Assembly (NCBI GenBank): GCA_964460925.1
Contig: CAYWSQ010000003.1
Coordinates: 3,905-44,250 of the forward strand
Source: an uncultured Flavisolibacter sp.
GTDB lineage: Bacteria > Bacteroidota > Bacteroidia > Chitinophagales > Chitinophagaceae
DNA: 40,346 bases
Reading direction: 5' to 3'
The translations under genes and the position numbers were made by a program. Below, in pieces: positions 18,961 to 28,719 of the stretch; position 1 is the first letter of the stretch, and each line of letters begins with the position of its first letter. The notes beneath the pieces were generated by a model. That model was not told the DNA's origin, made no database searches, and was given only the letters and a program-made list of their open reading frames with translations.

Positions 18961-19673
18961 TATCTTTTGCCAAGGTTTTGACGGGTCACCAGTAAAAAGA
19001 AAACAAGAAGGCTCAGGAAATAAACAAGGTCACGCGTATCAAGTACACCGCGGCTCATGCTGCGGTAATGAAAATCGATACCAATCATTTCGATGTAATA
19101 ATCTACTCCTGATCCAAACAACTCGCTGATGGCGGTAAAGCCAAAATAGAACAGCACGCAGGCGATCAGGCTCACTATGAATGCCACCACGGAATTGGTG
19201 GTGAAGGAACTTACACAAATACCAATGGCGGTGAAGATGGCAGATAAAAGGAAAAGGCCCAGGTAGGATCCTGTTGCCGCCCCGGCATCTATGCCTTCAC
19301 CGGCCGCAAGATGGTTGATGGTAAAATAATACACCAGCGTTGGTAACAGCGCGATCAATGCTACCAGCAAACTGCCCAGGAATTTACCGGCCACTACCTG
19401 CCAGCGGCTCAGTGGCCGGGTAAGCAGGATCTCGAATGTTCCGCTTTTGAACTCATCGGAAAAGCTGCGCATGGTAATGGCGGAGATCAGGAACATCAGC
19501 AGCCAGGGCGCGAAGGAAAAAAAACGCTCGAGGCTGGCGTATCCAAAATCAAGGATATTGTCCTTAAATACAAAAAGCACCAGTCCATTGGCCAGAAAAA
19601 AAACAATGATGGCGATGTAACCTGTAAGACTGCTGAAAAACTGGCGAAGCTCTTTTTTACAAATGGACCACAT
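18960..19673 (-). CDS. gldF: gliding motility ABC transporter permease GldF
   Basis: MWSICKKELRQFFSS, ITMRSFSDEFKSGT and RGVLDTRDLVYF motifs; start trimmed to 19673. Confidence 0.9.
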   Translation of the reverse strand: MWSICKKELRQFFSSLTGYIAIIVFFLANGLVLFVFKDNILDFGYASLERFFSFAPWLLMFLISAITMRSFSDEFKSGTFEILLTRPLSRWQVVAGKFLGSLLVALIALLPTLVYYFTINHLAAGEGIDAGAATGSYLGLFLLSAIFTAIGICVSSFTTNSVVAFIVSLIACVLFYFGFTAISELFGSGVDYYIEMIGIDFHYRSMSRGVLDTRDLVYFLSLLVFFLLVTRQNLGKR

Positions 19674-19747
19674 GCTGGTGCAAAATAGGAAATTGAATTG
19701 AGGATTTGAGGAGATCACGTGCACGCACGATTCATCTCCCCACCATA

Positions 19748-20098
19748 TTAAACCGCAAAGCTTTCACCGCAGCCGCAGGTTCTGCTGGCATTGGGATTAT
19801 TAAAATAGAATCCTTTGCCATTGAGGCCGTCAGAAAATTCAAGCGTGGTATTGACGAGGTATAAAAAACTTTTCAGGTCAGTAACCACCTTTACACCATT
19901 ATGTTCAAATACCTGGTCACCCGGTTTTACCTGGTTATCAAAATCAAGTTTATAGCTCAAGCCTGAACAGCCGCCGCCCACTACGCCAACCCTTACAAAA
20001 TATTCCGGATCGTTAGCGTGACCGGCTTCCGCCATCAGTTCCTTCACTCTTTCCTTTGCCTTATCGGTTATAAAAATTCCGTTTTCTGTATTGGTCAT
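19748..20098 (-). CDS. A-type Fe-S cluster carrier (HesB/IscA family)
   Basis: GGGCSG and NPNASRTCGCGESF motifs. Confidence 0.95.
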   Translation of the reverse strand: MTNTENGIFITDKAKERVKELMAEAGHANDPEYFVRVGVVGGGCSGLSYKLDFDNQVKPGDQVFEHNGVKVVTDLKSFLYLVNTTLEFSDGLNGKGFYFNNPNASRTCGCGESFAV

Positions 20099-20116
20099 AT
20101 CAATTTGTTTACTGTA

Positions 20117-21292
20117 TTAAGATGAATAGCCAGCCGCATGCATGGCTCTAAGTGATGCCACGGTCTCCCGCACCCTGGCAATGGTAAAATTAATCTCTTC
20201 TTCTGTAGTCTGCCTACCCAATCCAAAACGAATGGAACTCTGTGCCAGTGCATCATCCAGGCCGAGGGCCTTCAGCACATAGGAGGGTTCCATGGAAGCT
20301 GAGGAACAGGCCGATCCTGATGAAACAGCAATGTCACGGTTGATGCCCCCAATTAATGCTTCATCATTTACATATCGGAAAGAAATATTGGTAATATGCG
20401 GCAGCCTTGATTGACGGCTTCCATTCACAAATGTTTCCTCAATTTCCAATAATCCGTTTTCAAGCAGGTCACGCAATGAGGCTGTATGATACGCATTGCT
20501 TTCCATTTCCGCATTTGCAATTTCACAGGCCCTGCCCAATCCAACGATGCCGGGCACATTGAGGGTACCGCTCCGGAAACCCCTTTCGTGGGCACCGCCA
20601 TCCAATTGCGCTGCCAGTTTCACCCTTGGATCCTTTCGCCTCACATATAAAGCTCCTGCGCCTTTGGGTCCATACATTTTATGAGCTGTGAAGGCAAGCA
20701 GGTCAACCTGGTCATTCATCACATCAACCGGTATTTTTCCAACGGCCTGAGTGGCATCGGTAAAAAACAGGATCCCATGTTTTTTTGCCAGGCTCCCGAT
20801 TTCCTTTACGGGCATGATGCTCCCGATCTCGTTGTTGGCATACATCACCGCGATCAGTATGGTGCGTGGTGTAATGGCGGCTTCAATATCCTTCACTGAA
20901 ACAAGGCCTTCATTATTTACAGGAATATAACTCACATCAATACCCTGTTTCTGCAGGTGGTGACAACTGTCAAGCACCGCCTTATGTTCAATATTGGTGG
21001 TGATGATATGATTGCCCTTGCCCGCATACACTTCAGCAACCCCTTTGATGGCAAGGTTTACGGCTTCCGTTGCGCCGGAGGTGAAGATGATCTCCTTTGG
21101 AATGGCATTGATAAGTGCAGCCACCTGTTCCCGTGCCAGTTCAACCGCTGCGGCAGCCTGCCATCCAAAAGAATGATTACGGCTGGAGGCATTCCCGAAA
21201 TGTTCCGTGAAATAAGGCCACATGGCTTCCGCTACCCTGGGATCACAGGGAGTGGTTGCATTGTGGTCAAGATAAATGGGAAGGTGCAGCAT
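20117..21292 (-). CDS. iscS: cysteine desulfurase (IscS/NifS group I)
   Basis: YLDHNATT, HKMYGPKG, RSGT and SSGSACS motifs. Confidence 0.93.
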   Translation of the reverse strand: MLHLPIYLDHNATTPCDPRVAEAMWPYFTEHFGNASSRNHSFGWQAAAAVELAREQVAALINAIPKEIIFTSGATEAVNLAIKGVAEVYAGKGNHIITTNIEHKAVLDSCHHLQKQGIDVSYIPVNNEGLVSVKDIEAAITPRTILIAVMYANNEIGSIMPVKEIGSLAKKHGILFFTDATQAVGKIPVDVMNDQVDLLAFTAHKMYGPKGAGALYVRRKDPRVKLAAQLDGGAHERGFRSGTLNVPGIVGLGRACEIANAEMESNAYHTASLRDLLENGLLEIEETFVNGSRQSRLPHITNISFRYVNDEALIGGINRDIAVSSGSACSSASMEPSYVLKALGLDDALAQSSIRFGLGRQTTEEEINFTIARVRETVASLRAMHAAGYSS

Positions 21293-21383
21293 AACGGTTC
21301 ACAAATTTACCCCCAATTCGCCAGAAGCACATGCTTTCAGCCATTGCCACGCTTAATTTTACCATTCTGCTAAACATTAAAGC

Positions 21384-21782
21384 ATGCGCAAAATTGAACA
21401 TATCGGTATCGCCATCAGGTCACTGGAAACTTCCATTCCATTATTTGAAAAATTGCTGGATACACCCTGCTACAAGCAGGAGGAAGTGGCTTCAGAAAAT
21501 GTGGTCACGGCATTTTTCCAAAAAGGAGAAACCAAGATCGAATTACTGGAATCCACCACTGACGATGGGGTGATTAGCCGGTTTATTGAGAAACGCGGCG
21601 AGGGGCTGCACCACATAGCATTTGATGTGGAGGATATTTACGCAGAAATGGAGCGGTTGAAAGCGCAGGGTTTCCAGTTACTCACCGAATCACCCAAAGC
21701 CGGGGCAGATAATAAGCTGGTCTGTTTTATTCACCCCAAAACTACGGGAGGTGTGCTGGTGGAGATTTGCCAGGAGCGGTAG
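21384..21782 (+). CDS. mce: methylmalonyl-CoA epimerase
   Basis: IEHIGIA, KIELLE, GEGLHHIAF and HPKTTGGVLVE motifs (VOC fold). Confidence 0.92.
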   Translation: MRKIEHIGIAIRSLETSIPLFEKLLDTPCYKQEEVASENVVTAFFQKGETKIELLESTTDDGVISRFIEKRGEGLHHIAFDVEDIYAEMERLKAQGFQLLTESPKAGADNKLVCFIHPKTTGGVLVEICQER

Positions 21783-21814
21783 CCAACAGCCATTGGCCGT
21801 TAGCCAATGGCCAT

Positions 21815-21846
21815 AAGAAAACCCCAGGTAGACACCCGGGGTTTTT
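21815..21846. terminator. bidirectional intrinsic terminator (TGTCTA loop on minus strand)
   Basis: AAAACCCCAGG-TAGACA-CCCGGGGTTTT between convergent mce and the T9SS gene. Another small hairpin, GCCATTGGC/GCCAATGGC, lies at 21789-21811. Confidence 0.8.
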
Positions 21847-21871
21847 CCTCAACGCCTAAAAAAACAAGTTA

Positions 21872-22843
21872 TCAGAGGATCACCTGCCTGGCCACATTTA
21901 CATCCTGGCCATTGGTGATCGATACAATATAATTTCCTTTCAGGTGAGTCCTGGGTTGCAGAATGACCTGGCCCACTGCTTCATTGATATTTTGCTGTTC
22001 AAGAACCTGTCCGTTCAGAGACACGATCCTTACAACCAGTTTAGATTTGATCTGCTGGGGAAACTGCATCAGCACTTTACCCTGAACGGAGGCGATATTG
22101 ATATTAGATGGTGCAGCCGACTGCTCTGTTTTAATGGTTTTGATATCAGTATAAGTAAATCTTGAATCAATGTCCACCTGCTTCACACGGTAATAAACCA
22201 CGCGGGAACTAATGTTCTTATCAGTATAGGAATAATTGTTCAGGGTATTAGAGTTACCGATAGCGGAAACATAAGCGATCGTCCCCCATTTAGAGCCATC
22301 GAGGCTGCGCTCAATCTCGTAGGAATGAGCATTGATCTCTTCAGTAGTTGACCACTGAACCAATACATCAGTAGCGTTCTTACGTGAGAGTGTAAACCCG
22401 GCAAATTTTACGGGCAGGGGATTATAGCTGGCAAATCCATTGGAACTTCCGGTAGCCAGTTGCGGACCGTTAAGCGTGTTTGCATAGAAGATGGTTTGTC
22501 CGCCGAGAATGATATACTGAAAAAAGTCAATAGTTGATTCGAGTCTGCCACCTGCTGCTACCTGGATCTTGCTGGCAGCATTCAGGGATAAATAGCTCAG
22601 GAAGTTGGTCAGTTTTACAGTTCCGTGTACTTCCAGGTAAACATTATTGAGCGTCTGCTGGCTGCTGATAATTACGGTTCTCCCGGCAGGAATAACAATG
22701 GTATCGCCATTTGCCGGTTTACGGTTCAAATTCCAGGTGGGGTTTGCCTGCCAGTTGCCATTTCCAACGGCTTCGATTACAGGAGCTGAAAAAGATAAGG
22801 TTGAGATGAAAAGTCCCAGGATGAGGAAGTAGAATTGCTTCAT
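21872..22843 (-). CDS. secreted protein with T9SS-type C-terminal sorting domain
   Basis: Signal peptide MKQFYFL...SFSA, GNW motif, LPVKF...W.T..E.N...YEIERS.DG module and CTD KGNYIVSI. Start at 22843 follows TATCTTTA. Confidence 0.82.
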   Translation of the reverse strand: MKQFYFLILGLFISTLSFSAPVIEAVGNGNWQANPTWNLNRKPANGDTIVIPAGRTVIISSQQTLNNVYLEVHGTVKLTNFLSYLSLNAASKIQVAAGGRLESTIDFFQYIILGGQTIFYANTLNGPQLATGSSNGFASYNPLPVKFAGFTLSRKNATDVLVQWSTTEEINAHSYEIERSLDGSKWGTIAYVSAIGNSNTLNNYSYTDKNISSRVVYYRVKQVDIDSRFTYTDIKTIKTEQSAAPSNINIASVQGKVLMQFPQQIKSKLVVRIVSLNGQVLEQQNINEAVGQVILQPRTHLKGNYIVSITNGQDVNVARQVIL

Positions 22844-23217
22844 GGTACGGATCTTTTTAGTTGTTTTCTTAGGGTTGCTAAAGATACCGGTAAGTTTTTC
22901 TAAGTGAATCTGCTTATTGGTAGCCCTTAGCGAGAGCAAAACTATAATGCAGTTTTTTGAGATGCAAGTATTTTTACTGTTTATTGGCGTAAAACCACAT
23001 ATTTTTTTAAAAATTGGGCATAAATTCCTGATAATCAGCAAAACCATTCTAAGTAGTTCCAATTAGTCTTTTTAAAAAACTGGTCTAAAAATTATCAGTT
23101 CTGCCAAATTCCATATGGTAAAAACCCGGTGGCTTTCGCGAAAACGTCCCAGGAAATTACTTATCGCCATTAAAAAACCCGGTAAATAAACCCTTAGAGG
23201 AGTTTGATAAGTTTTTC

Positions 23218-23964
23218 TTAGATGGATAGTGATAATTTTTTCATTACCTCGGCTTTCCTTCTTTTCGAAACTTCCAGTCTTATTCCATTCCTGAGAATGA
23301 TCATCCCATCCTGGTCTATATAGGAAACAAATTTTTTATTGACCAGGATTGATTTATGGCAACGGATCATTCCATGTGGAGACAATAGTTCTTCATAATC
23401 CCCAAGTGTTCTTGAAGCCAGAAATTGTTTTCCCTGGACCGAATAAAATCGTGTATAGTTATTCTGGGCCTCGCAATACATGATGTCTGCAGGTTCCAGG
23501 TAATAAATACCTTCTCTTGAAGGAACCGCCAGCCGGAACTGGCCTTCCGGGGCCTGGAGATTATGCAGCATATTGCGGTACTGGTTTTCAGGGTCAACCA
23601 ATTTAAGATCAGTTTCCATATACCGGTTGATGCATGATATAAGTTCTTCCACATCTACCGGTTTCAACAGGTAGTCAAACGCGCTGAAGCGGATGGCTTT
23701 TATAGCGAATTCATTAAAAGCGGTAGTAAAAACAAGTTTGAATTGATGCCTGGGAATTTTTTGTAAAAGCTCGAATCCGGACAAATGCGGCATTTTGATA
23801 TCGAGGAATACCAGGTCGGGCTTTGTCTGCCGGATCATCTCCGCCGCCAGCCGGGCATCATTGCAAACTGATACCTGGTTTACTGCAGGCGTAAATTTTT
23901 CAATCATCAGCCTTAAGGCATCTGAGGCTCTTACTTCATCGTCTATGATCAATGCTTTTATCAT
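23218..23964 (-). CDS. LytTR family DNA-binding response regulator
   Basis: IIDDE, FLDIKMP, FTTAF, DYLLKP and LytTR IRCHKSILVN. Confidence 0.95.
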   Translation of the reverse strand: MIKALIIDDEVRASDALRLMIEKFTPAVNQVSVCNDARLAAEMIRQTKPDLVFLDIKMPHLSGFELLQKIPRHQFKLVFTTAFNEFAIKAIRFSAFDYLLKPVDVEELISCINRYMETDLKLVDPENQYRNMLHNLQAPEGQFRLAVPSREGIYYLEPADIMYCEAQNNYTRFYSVQGKQFLASRTLGDYEELLSPHGMIRCHKSILVNKKFVSYIDQDGMIILRNGIRLEVSKRRKAEVMKKLSLSI

Positions 23965-23969
23965 TTCTA

Positions 23970-26900
23970 TCAGTCAGGATTCATATTCTTTAAGCTGATC
24001 TCAATCCGGGTACCAGCAGGTTGATGTTGATCATTGAACAGGTCAACCACTTCAATGGTATTAGCCGTTTTATATTTTTCATTCAAAGCCTGCAATCTTT
24101 CAATACCCAGTTTCATCCCCTTGCCGGTATGCATTTCACTGCCATTCTGATAAAGGCTTGCCGATGCCCTGCCCACTCCATTATCTTCAATGATGCATTT
24201 CAAAACCCCAACTTCGGTTTCTGTAAATGAGATCAATAATCTTTTCTCTCCATCGAGATGCATCAATCCGTGCCAGATGGCGTTTTCCACGAAAGGCTGA
24301 AATAATAGGGAAGGAACAAATGTTTCTTCTTCGTCCACACCGTCACCTACCACAAGCTGGTAACTGAAGCTTTCCTTGAATCGGAGTGATTCGAGTTCAA
24401 TATAGAGCCGCAGGATCTCCAGTTCTTCCTTTAGGCTTAATTCTTCCCTGTCACTTGAAGTAAGCACGAGCCTCAGGAGCCGTGAGAATTTGGAAAGAAA
24501 TCTTGTTGCCGTCAATTCCTCACCTGAAAGAATCATTTGCTGGATGGAATTCAGGGCATTGAATAAAAAATGAGGATTCATCTGCAACCTCATGCTCTGT
24601 AAACTTGCCTCCAGTGCTTTCTGCCGGTTCATCAATGCTTCCATCCTGGCTGCCTGTTCCCTTGCTTCCGCCCTGATCCTTCCAATGCGTGCACCACAAT
24701 GGGAAGCGATGGTGGCCAGGATCTGCAAATGCTGGTCTGAATAAAAATCTTTCTGGTGATGCTCACTGTCTATCACACCAATTACACGGCCTTCTTCAAA
24801 AATGGGAACAGTAAGTTCTGAATACCTCATCTCATCATCCACAATATACCGGGGATCTTTCGAGGTATCATTGATCCTTTCCGCCTTGCCAGTTTGGGCC
24901 ACGGTACCGACAATCCCTTCACCCATTGCAATCTCAATGGGGTTGAAGATCTGATTACCTTCTGCAGTCTTGGGGCCCCATGCTGCTTTCTGTATCAAGT
25001 TATTTTTATCATGGTCTACGAGGTAGATCACGCAATCCTCGAACCCGAGACGGGAAATACAGTTTCGTGCAACATCCCATAACACCGCATCAACAGAATT
25101 ATGGCCGCTAAGAGAAACTGTGAAATAATTGATCACCTGTTCTATTTCCAGCTGGTGCTTATAACTGTCTGATCTGAGTTTTTCAATTGCCGTTTTTTCC
25201 TGTTGTTCTCGCTTGAACCTTTTTTCCTTTCTTTTGATAAGCAGATAAGCTGAAAAGATTATCATTAAACTGATCCCCGCAATAAACCACCATCGCTGCC
25301 ACCAGGGAGGTACAATTTCAAAATGCATCCTAACCATATTAGTAGCATCATTGCCACCCAGTGTCGCGCGAAGTTGCAACTGGTATTTGCCGGTTTTTAA
25401 CTGGCGGAAATGAATCACACCTTCTTTGCCTGCGTCTGTCCAATTGGTATCTGAAGGCATGAGCCTGTAATAATAACGTACTGCACCCGGATTGGAAAAA
25501 TACAAAGCAGCGAAACGGATGGACAGGGTATGATGCTCCCAGGGAAAAATATAATTACCCTCCTGATTTATAAAACTGCGTGGATCTTCCGCAGATCCAG
25601 GAAATTCCACAGATGTGATACGCAGCGATGCATGCCTGGAATGCTTCAACAATTCTTCCGGTTGAAATGAAACAGCTCCGGAAGAAGTGCAGGCCCAAAC
25701 GAGCCGGCCATCATAATTCATGGAAAGGCTTTGGAAATTTTTAGCGATGAACCCATCATCCGCATCAAAGTTGGTGACCAAATACTGACCGCCTTCTGTT
25801 TGCCTGATTGCTGTAACACAATTATAATTTCCCGCCCATATATTCTGGTCTTTGTCAAAACACAGGCCCAGGTAAGTGTTCCCCGATAAACCATGCTGTT
25901 GTGACAATTTTGTTTCGAGTTGCAAATTGCCATTGCTGTCAAAACCACAGATAAGAATGCCTGAGCCCCTGGTAGTGATCCATACTTTTCCCTTTAGATC
26001 CTGTTTCATTGAAGTGATCACCAGCCTTTCCCCGGATGAACCAAGGTTATAAGGCTTAAGTTTTTCGCCATCCAGGTAAAACAAACCCAGCTGCCCTCCT
26101 GCCCAAATTTTTCCGGATGGTGATTCACACAAACCGTATAATTTATGATACGTGATCTCTACAGGGTATTCATAATACCTGAACATGAATTTGTCTTGTG
26201 AAGCGTTGTAATCAATCCTGGTAATACCATTATCACCGGCAGTATATAATTCCCCTTTTCCCGTCTTCAAAAATGCATAATGGGAATTATCGGCAAGACC
26301 GTTTTTCCGGTCGAACCTTTTGAGTTCACCATTTCTTAACAGGGCGAGGCCCTGGTAACCTGTGGCGAACCAGATCCATTCATTTTCATCTTCATGCATG
26401 GCAAAAACTTCCGCGAGCGGAACTACCTGCAGGTGATCCATGAAATATGCCAGGGAATCCTTCCATTCAAATATGGTACCCCTGTTGCTGCCAAACAAAA
26501 TCGAACCATTCTTTCTCCGAAGCATGGAATAGATCTCATCTGAAAAAGGAAGATGCTGGCGATTGATATGGAATTGGTTTTTCTTTACCTGGAATAAACC
26601 CTCATTGGATCCAAGCCAGAAGCTGCCTTCTTTATCAATCATCATTCTTGTAGGTGTGCGGATATTCAACTGCACATGAGATAAAACCGTTTGTCTTTTA
26701 CCATTAGACGGATCTATTTCTTCCACACCGCTGGTATGATAAGTATAAAGTTTGTTCTTGTGATTGACCAGGTGGAAGTAATATTCATTACCTGCCCTAA
26801 GTGAAGTAGTTTCACCACCATCCCAATAATGAAGTCCGCCCAATAAATTCAATAAATAAACTGATCCCTTAGGGGTGACATGCACCCCATGCACCAGGTC

Positions 26901-27527
26901 TTTGGGCTGAAGCGGATTTGGTATCTCACGCAAGCTTTGGTTTTGATATAGATACACATGCAGGTCAGTTGAAAAAGCAACGGATGAAGAAGAATGGCTG
27001 ATATGGTATACTGGTCCCATTGTGAGGGAATTCCATCCTTTTAGCAATTCTCCCTTATAACTATTACCTGATTTTTTCAACAGGATGGGCCCTTTGAGGC
27101 TTCCCGCCCACAACTCGTCAGAATTGATAAAATGCACAGCATAAAAAGGCAGGAAAGAGGCCGCCTGGCCTGGTATCTCTTCAACAAAATTTTCATCCCT
27201 CCAGGAATATAATCCTGTTTCAGCAGCAAGCCAAAGTTGTCCCTGGCTGTTCTCCTGTACCTGGTGCACGGCCCCGATCCTTTTTGTTTTCACAGTATCA
27301 TAAATTCTGAAAGATCTTCCGTCAAAACGTGCAACTCCATCTTTGGTACCGATCCAGATAAAATCCCTGCTGTCCTGGTAAAGACTCAGGATCTCAGATG
27401 AAGGCAGGCCGTTTGCAGCGCCAAATGCCTTTACTATATAACCGGGGACCTGTGATGACTGCCCATAGATTTTACAACTGATACAGATCAGCAGCAGTAA
27501 GAGCCTTGTTGGATTAATAAGAAACAA
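23970..27527 (-). CDS. LytS-like sensor histidine kinase with beta-propeller, Y_Y_Y and GAF domains
   Basis: Repeated D..G.(I/L)W propeller blades, Y_Y_Y segment, TM PPWWQRWWF, GAF (GEGIVG...SELTVPI...GVIDSE), LQMNPHFLFN, QPFVENAIWHG and EDNGVG. Confidence 0.92.
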   Translation of the reverse strand: MFLINPTRLLLLLICISCKIYGQSSQVPGYIVKAFGAANGLPSSEILSLYQDSRDFIWIGTKDGVARFDGRSFRIYDTVKTKRIGAVHQVQENSQGQLWLAAETGLYSWRDENFVEEIPGQAASFLPFYAVHFINSDELWAGSLKGPILLKKSGNSYKGELLKGWNSLTMGPVYHISHSSSSVAFSTDLHVYLYQNQSLREIPNPLQPKDLVHGVHVTPKGSVYLLNLLGGLHYWDGGETTSLRAGNEYYFHLVNHKNKLYTYHTSGVEEIDPSNGKRQTVLSHVQLNIRTPTRMMIDKEGSFWLGSNEGLFQVKKNQFHINRQHLPFSDEIYSMLRRKNGSILFGSNRGTIFEWKDSLAYFMDHLQVVPLAEVFAMHEDENEWIWFATGYQGLALLRNGELKRFDRKNGLADNSHYAFLKTGKGELYTAGDNGITRIDYNASQDKFMFRYYEYPVEITYHKLYGLCESPSGKIWAGGQLGLFYLDGEKLKPYNLGSSGERLVITSMKQDLKGKVWITTRGSGILICGFDSNGNLQLETKLSQQHGLSGNTYLGLCFDKDQNIWAGNYNCVTAIRQTEGGQYLVTNFDADDGFIAKNFQSLSMNYDGRLVWACTSSGAVSFQPEELLKHSRHASLRITSVEFPGSAEDPRSFINQEGNYIFPWEHHTLSIRFAALYFSNPGAVRYYYRLMPSDTNWTDAGKEGVIHFRQLKTGKYQLQLRATLGGNDATNMVRMHFEIVPPWWQRWWFIAGISLMIIFSAYLLIKRKEKRFKREQQEKTAIEKLRSDSYKHQLEIEQVINYFTVSLSGHNSVDAVLWDVARNCISRLGFEDCVIYLVDHDKNNLIQKAAWGPKTAEGNQIFNPIEIAMGEGIVGTVAQTGKAERINDTSKDPRYIVDDEMRYSELTVPIFEEGRVIGVIDSEHHQKDFYSDQHLQILATIASHCGARIGRIRAEAREQAARMEALMNRQKALEASLQSMRLQMNPHFLFNALNSIQQMILSGEELTATRFLSKFSRLLRLVLTSSDREELSLKEELEILRLYIELESLRFKESFSYQLVVGDGVDEEETFVPSLLFQPFVENAIWHGLMHLDGEKRLLISFTETEVGVLKCIIEDNGVGRASASLYQNGSEMHTGKGMKLGIERLQALNEKYKTANTIEVVDLFNDQHQPAGTRIEISLKNMNPD

Positions 27528-27573
27528 GTTTCATCCTTTGCAATCAAGTTAAGAAATCAGTATTGATAATCCA

Positions 27574-28620
27574 TCAGGGATCCACCTGAACAAATCCAAG
27601 CAGCTGGAAAGTATTACAAGGAGTCAAAGCAAGGATCCTGTACTTGCAGGGTGCCAACATTACTGAAAGAGGGATATAGAAATATCCATGTGAGTAAAAT
27701 TCGGGCTCGGTTGGTGGAATCAATGCAGGAATTTCAATGGTTTGAGATGCACAATTCTCCGGCACGAACCTGATCTTGTTGAAATACATCTTTGAACCGT
27801 AATAATTCCATTCAGGATTACCGCCTGCTAATTTTGACACTGTAGCCGGACCCGTTGCATTCGTGAACTGTATCCGTGGCAGGAAATAGATATTCAATCT
27901 TGCCGTATCAAATATTTGGGTGCCTGGAATGGCTACTTTGAACAATACACTTCTGTAGCCGGGACTTCCGCATTCAACCTTAGCAAATTTCTCTACTGGT
28001 ATATTTATACCTGCCCCTCTCCCATTACATACCGGCCGCCAGGCATAATCAATGATGGTATCGTTGATACTTAGTTGAAAATTTTTCTGGTTGGGGTGAT
28101 TGGAAGCATATACTCCCGTTGCTCCTACCACATCCAGTATCAGTGAATCCCCGGTACGTCCCAGTCCGGGTGGATCCGGAACCCCAAAATGATTGCAGAT
28201 GGAATGGATTTGCGGCCAGCCTACCATTTTCAGCTGCGCTGTATCTGATTTGCCGTTGAGCGTAAGGATAACGCTAGCGAATGTAGGTCCGCATTTTTTT
28301 CCACTGGGATAGGTTGCAATGGGAGCTTTTATTTTAAGCTGTGTAGATGTTGCATTGTAAATAGCTGTTTGAAAAGTATCGGTACAGGCAGCATCGGTGA
28401 TGAATTTTACCTGGTAATCGTTTTTATTTGAACTGAAGTTGGTTCCTGTGATCGTGAGTTCTTCTCCCCAGTAAATAAATTCCGGTGAAGTGCTGCTGAT
28501 CCTGATAGCATTGCCGGGTCCCGGTCCTGGCCCAGGTCCGGGACCGGGATTATTGTCTGTATTTTTTTTGCAGCCGGCCAGGCCAATCAAAAAAAGGAGA
28601 TATAAATAAATGGGTTTCAT
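27574..28620 (-). CDS. lipoprotein with PG linker and IPT/TIG-like domain
   Basis: Lipobox LAGC-KK, (PG)6 linker, and GEELTITGTNFS...A.STQLKIKAP Ig-like pattern. Confidence 0.8.
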   Translation of the reverse strand: MKPIYLYLLFLIGLAGCKKNTDNNPGPGPGPGPGPGNAIRISSTSPEFIYWGEELTITGTNFSSNKNDYQVKFITDAACTDTFQTAIYNATSTQLKIKAPIATYPSGKKCGPTFASVILTLNGKSDTAQLKMVGWPQIHSICNHFGVPDPPGLGRTGDSLILDVVGATGVYASNHPNQKNFQLSINDTIIDYAWRPVCNGRGAGINIPVEKFAKVECGSPGYRSVLFKVAIPGTQIFDTARLNIYFLPRIQFTNATGPATVSKLAGGNPEWNYYGSKMYFNKIRFVPENCASQTIEIPALIPPTEPEFYSHGYFYIPLSVMLAPCKYRILALTPCNTFQLLGFVQVDP

Positions 28621-28682
28621 GGTTCCTGTTTTTCCTGTTTGACCTTGAAACTATGGATGGTGCCAGTTAAAAACAGGCAGGA

Positions 28683-28712
28683 TTGAGGGAAGGGGTGTAA
28701 TGAATTAGGGAA
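28683..28712 (-). promoter_or_regulatory. candidate LytTR binding site (9-12-9 direct repeat)
   Basis: Minus strand TTCCCTAAT-N12-TTCCCTCAA, 62 nt upstream of the lipoprotein ATG. Confidence 0.45.
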
Positions 28713-28719
28713 TGGAAAA

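Noticed and set aside
22844-23062. 73-aa N-terminal extension of the T9SS ORF in the track
   Set aside because: The signal peptide starts at Met 22843, and the extension spans the promoter and AT-rich DNA.
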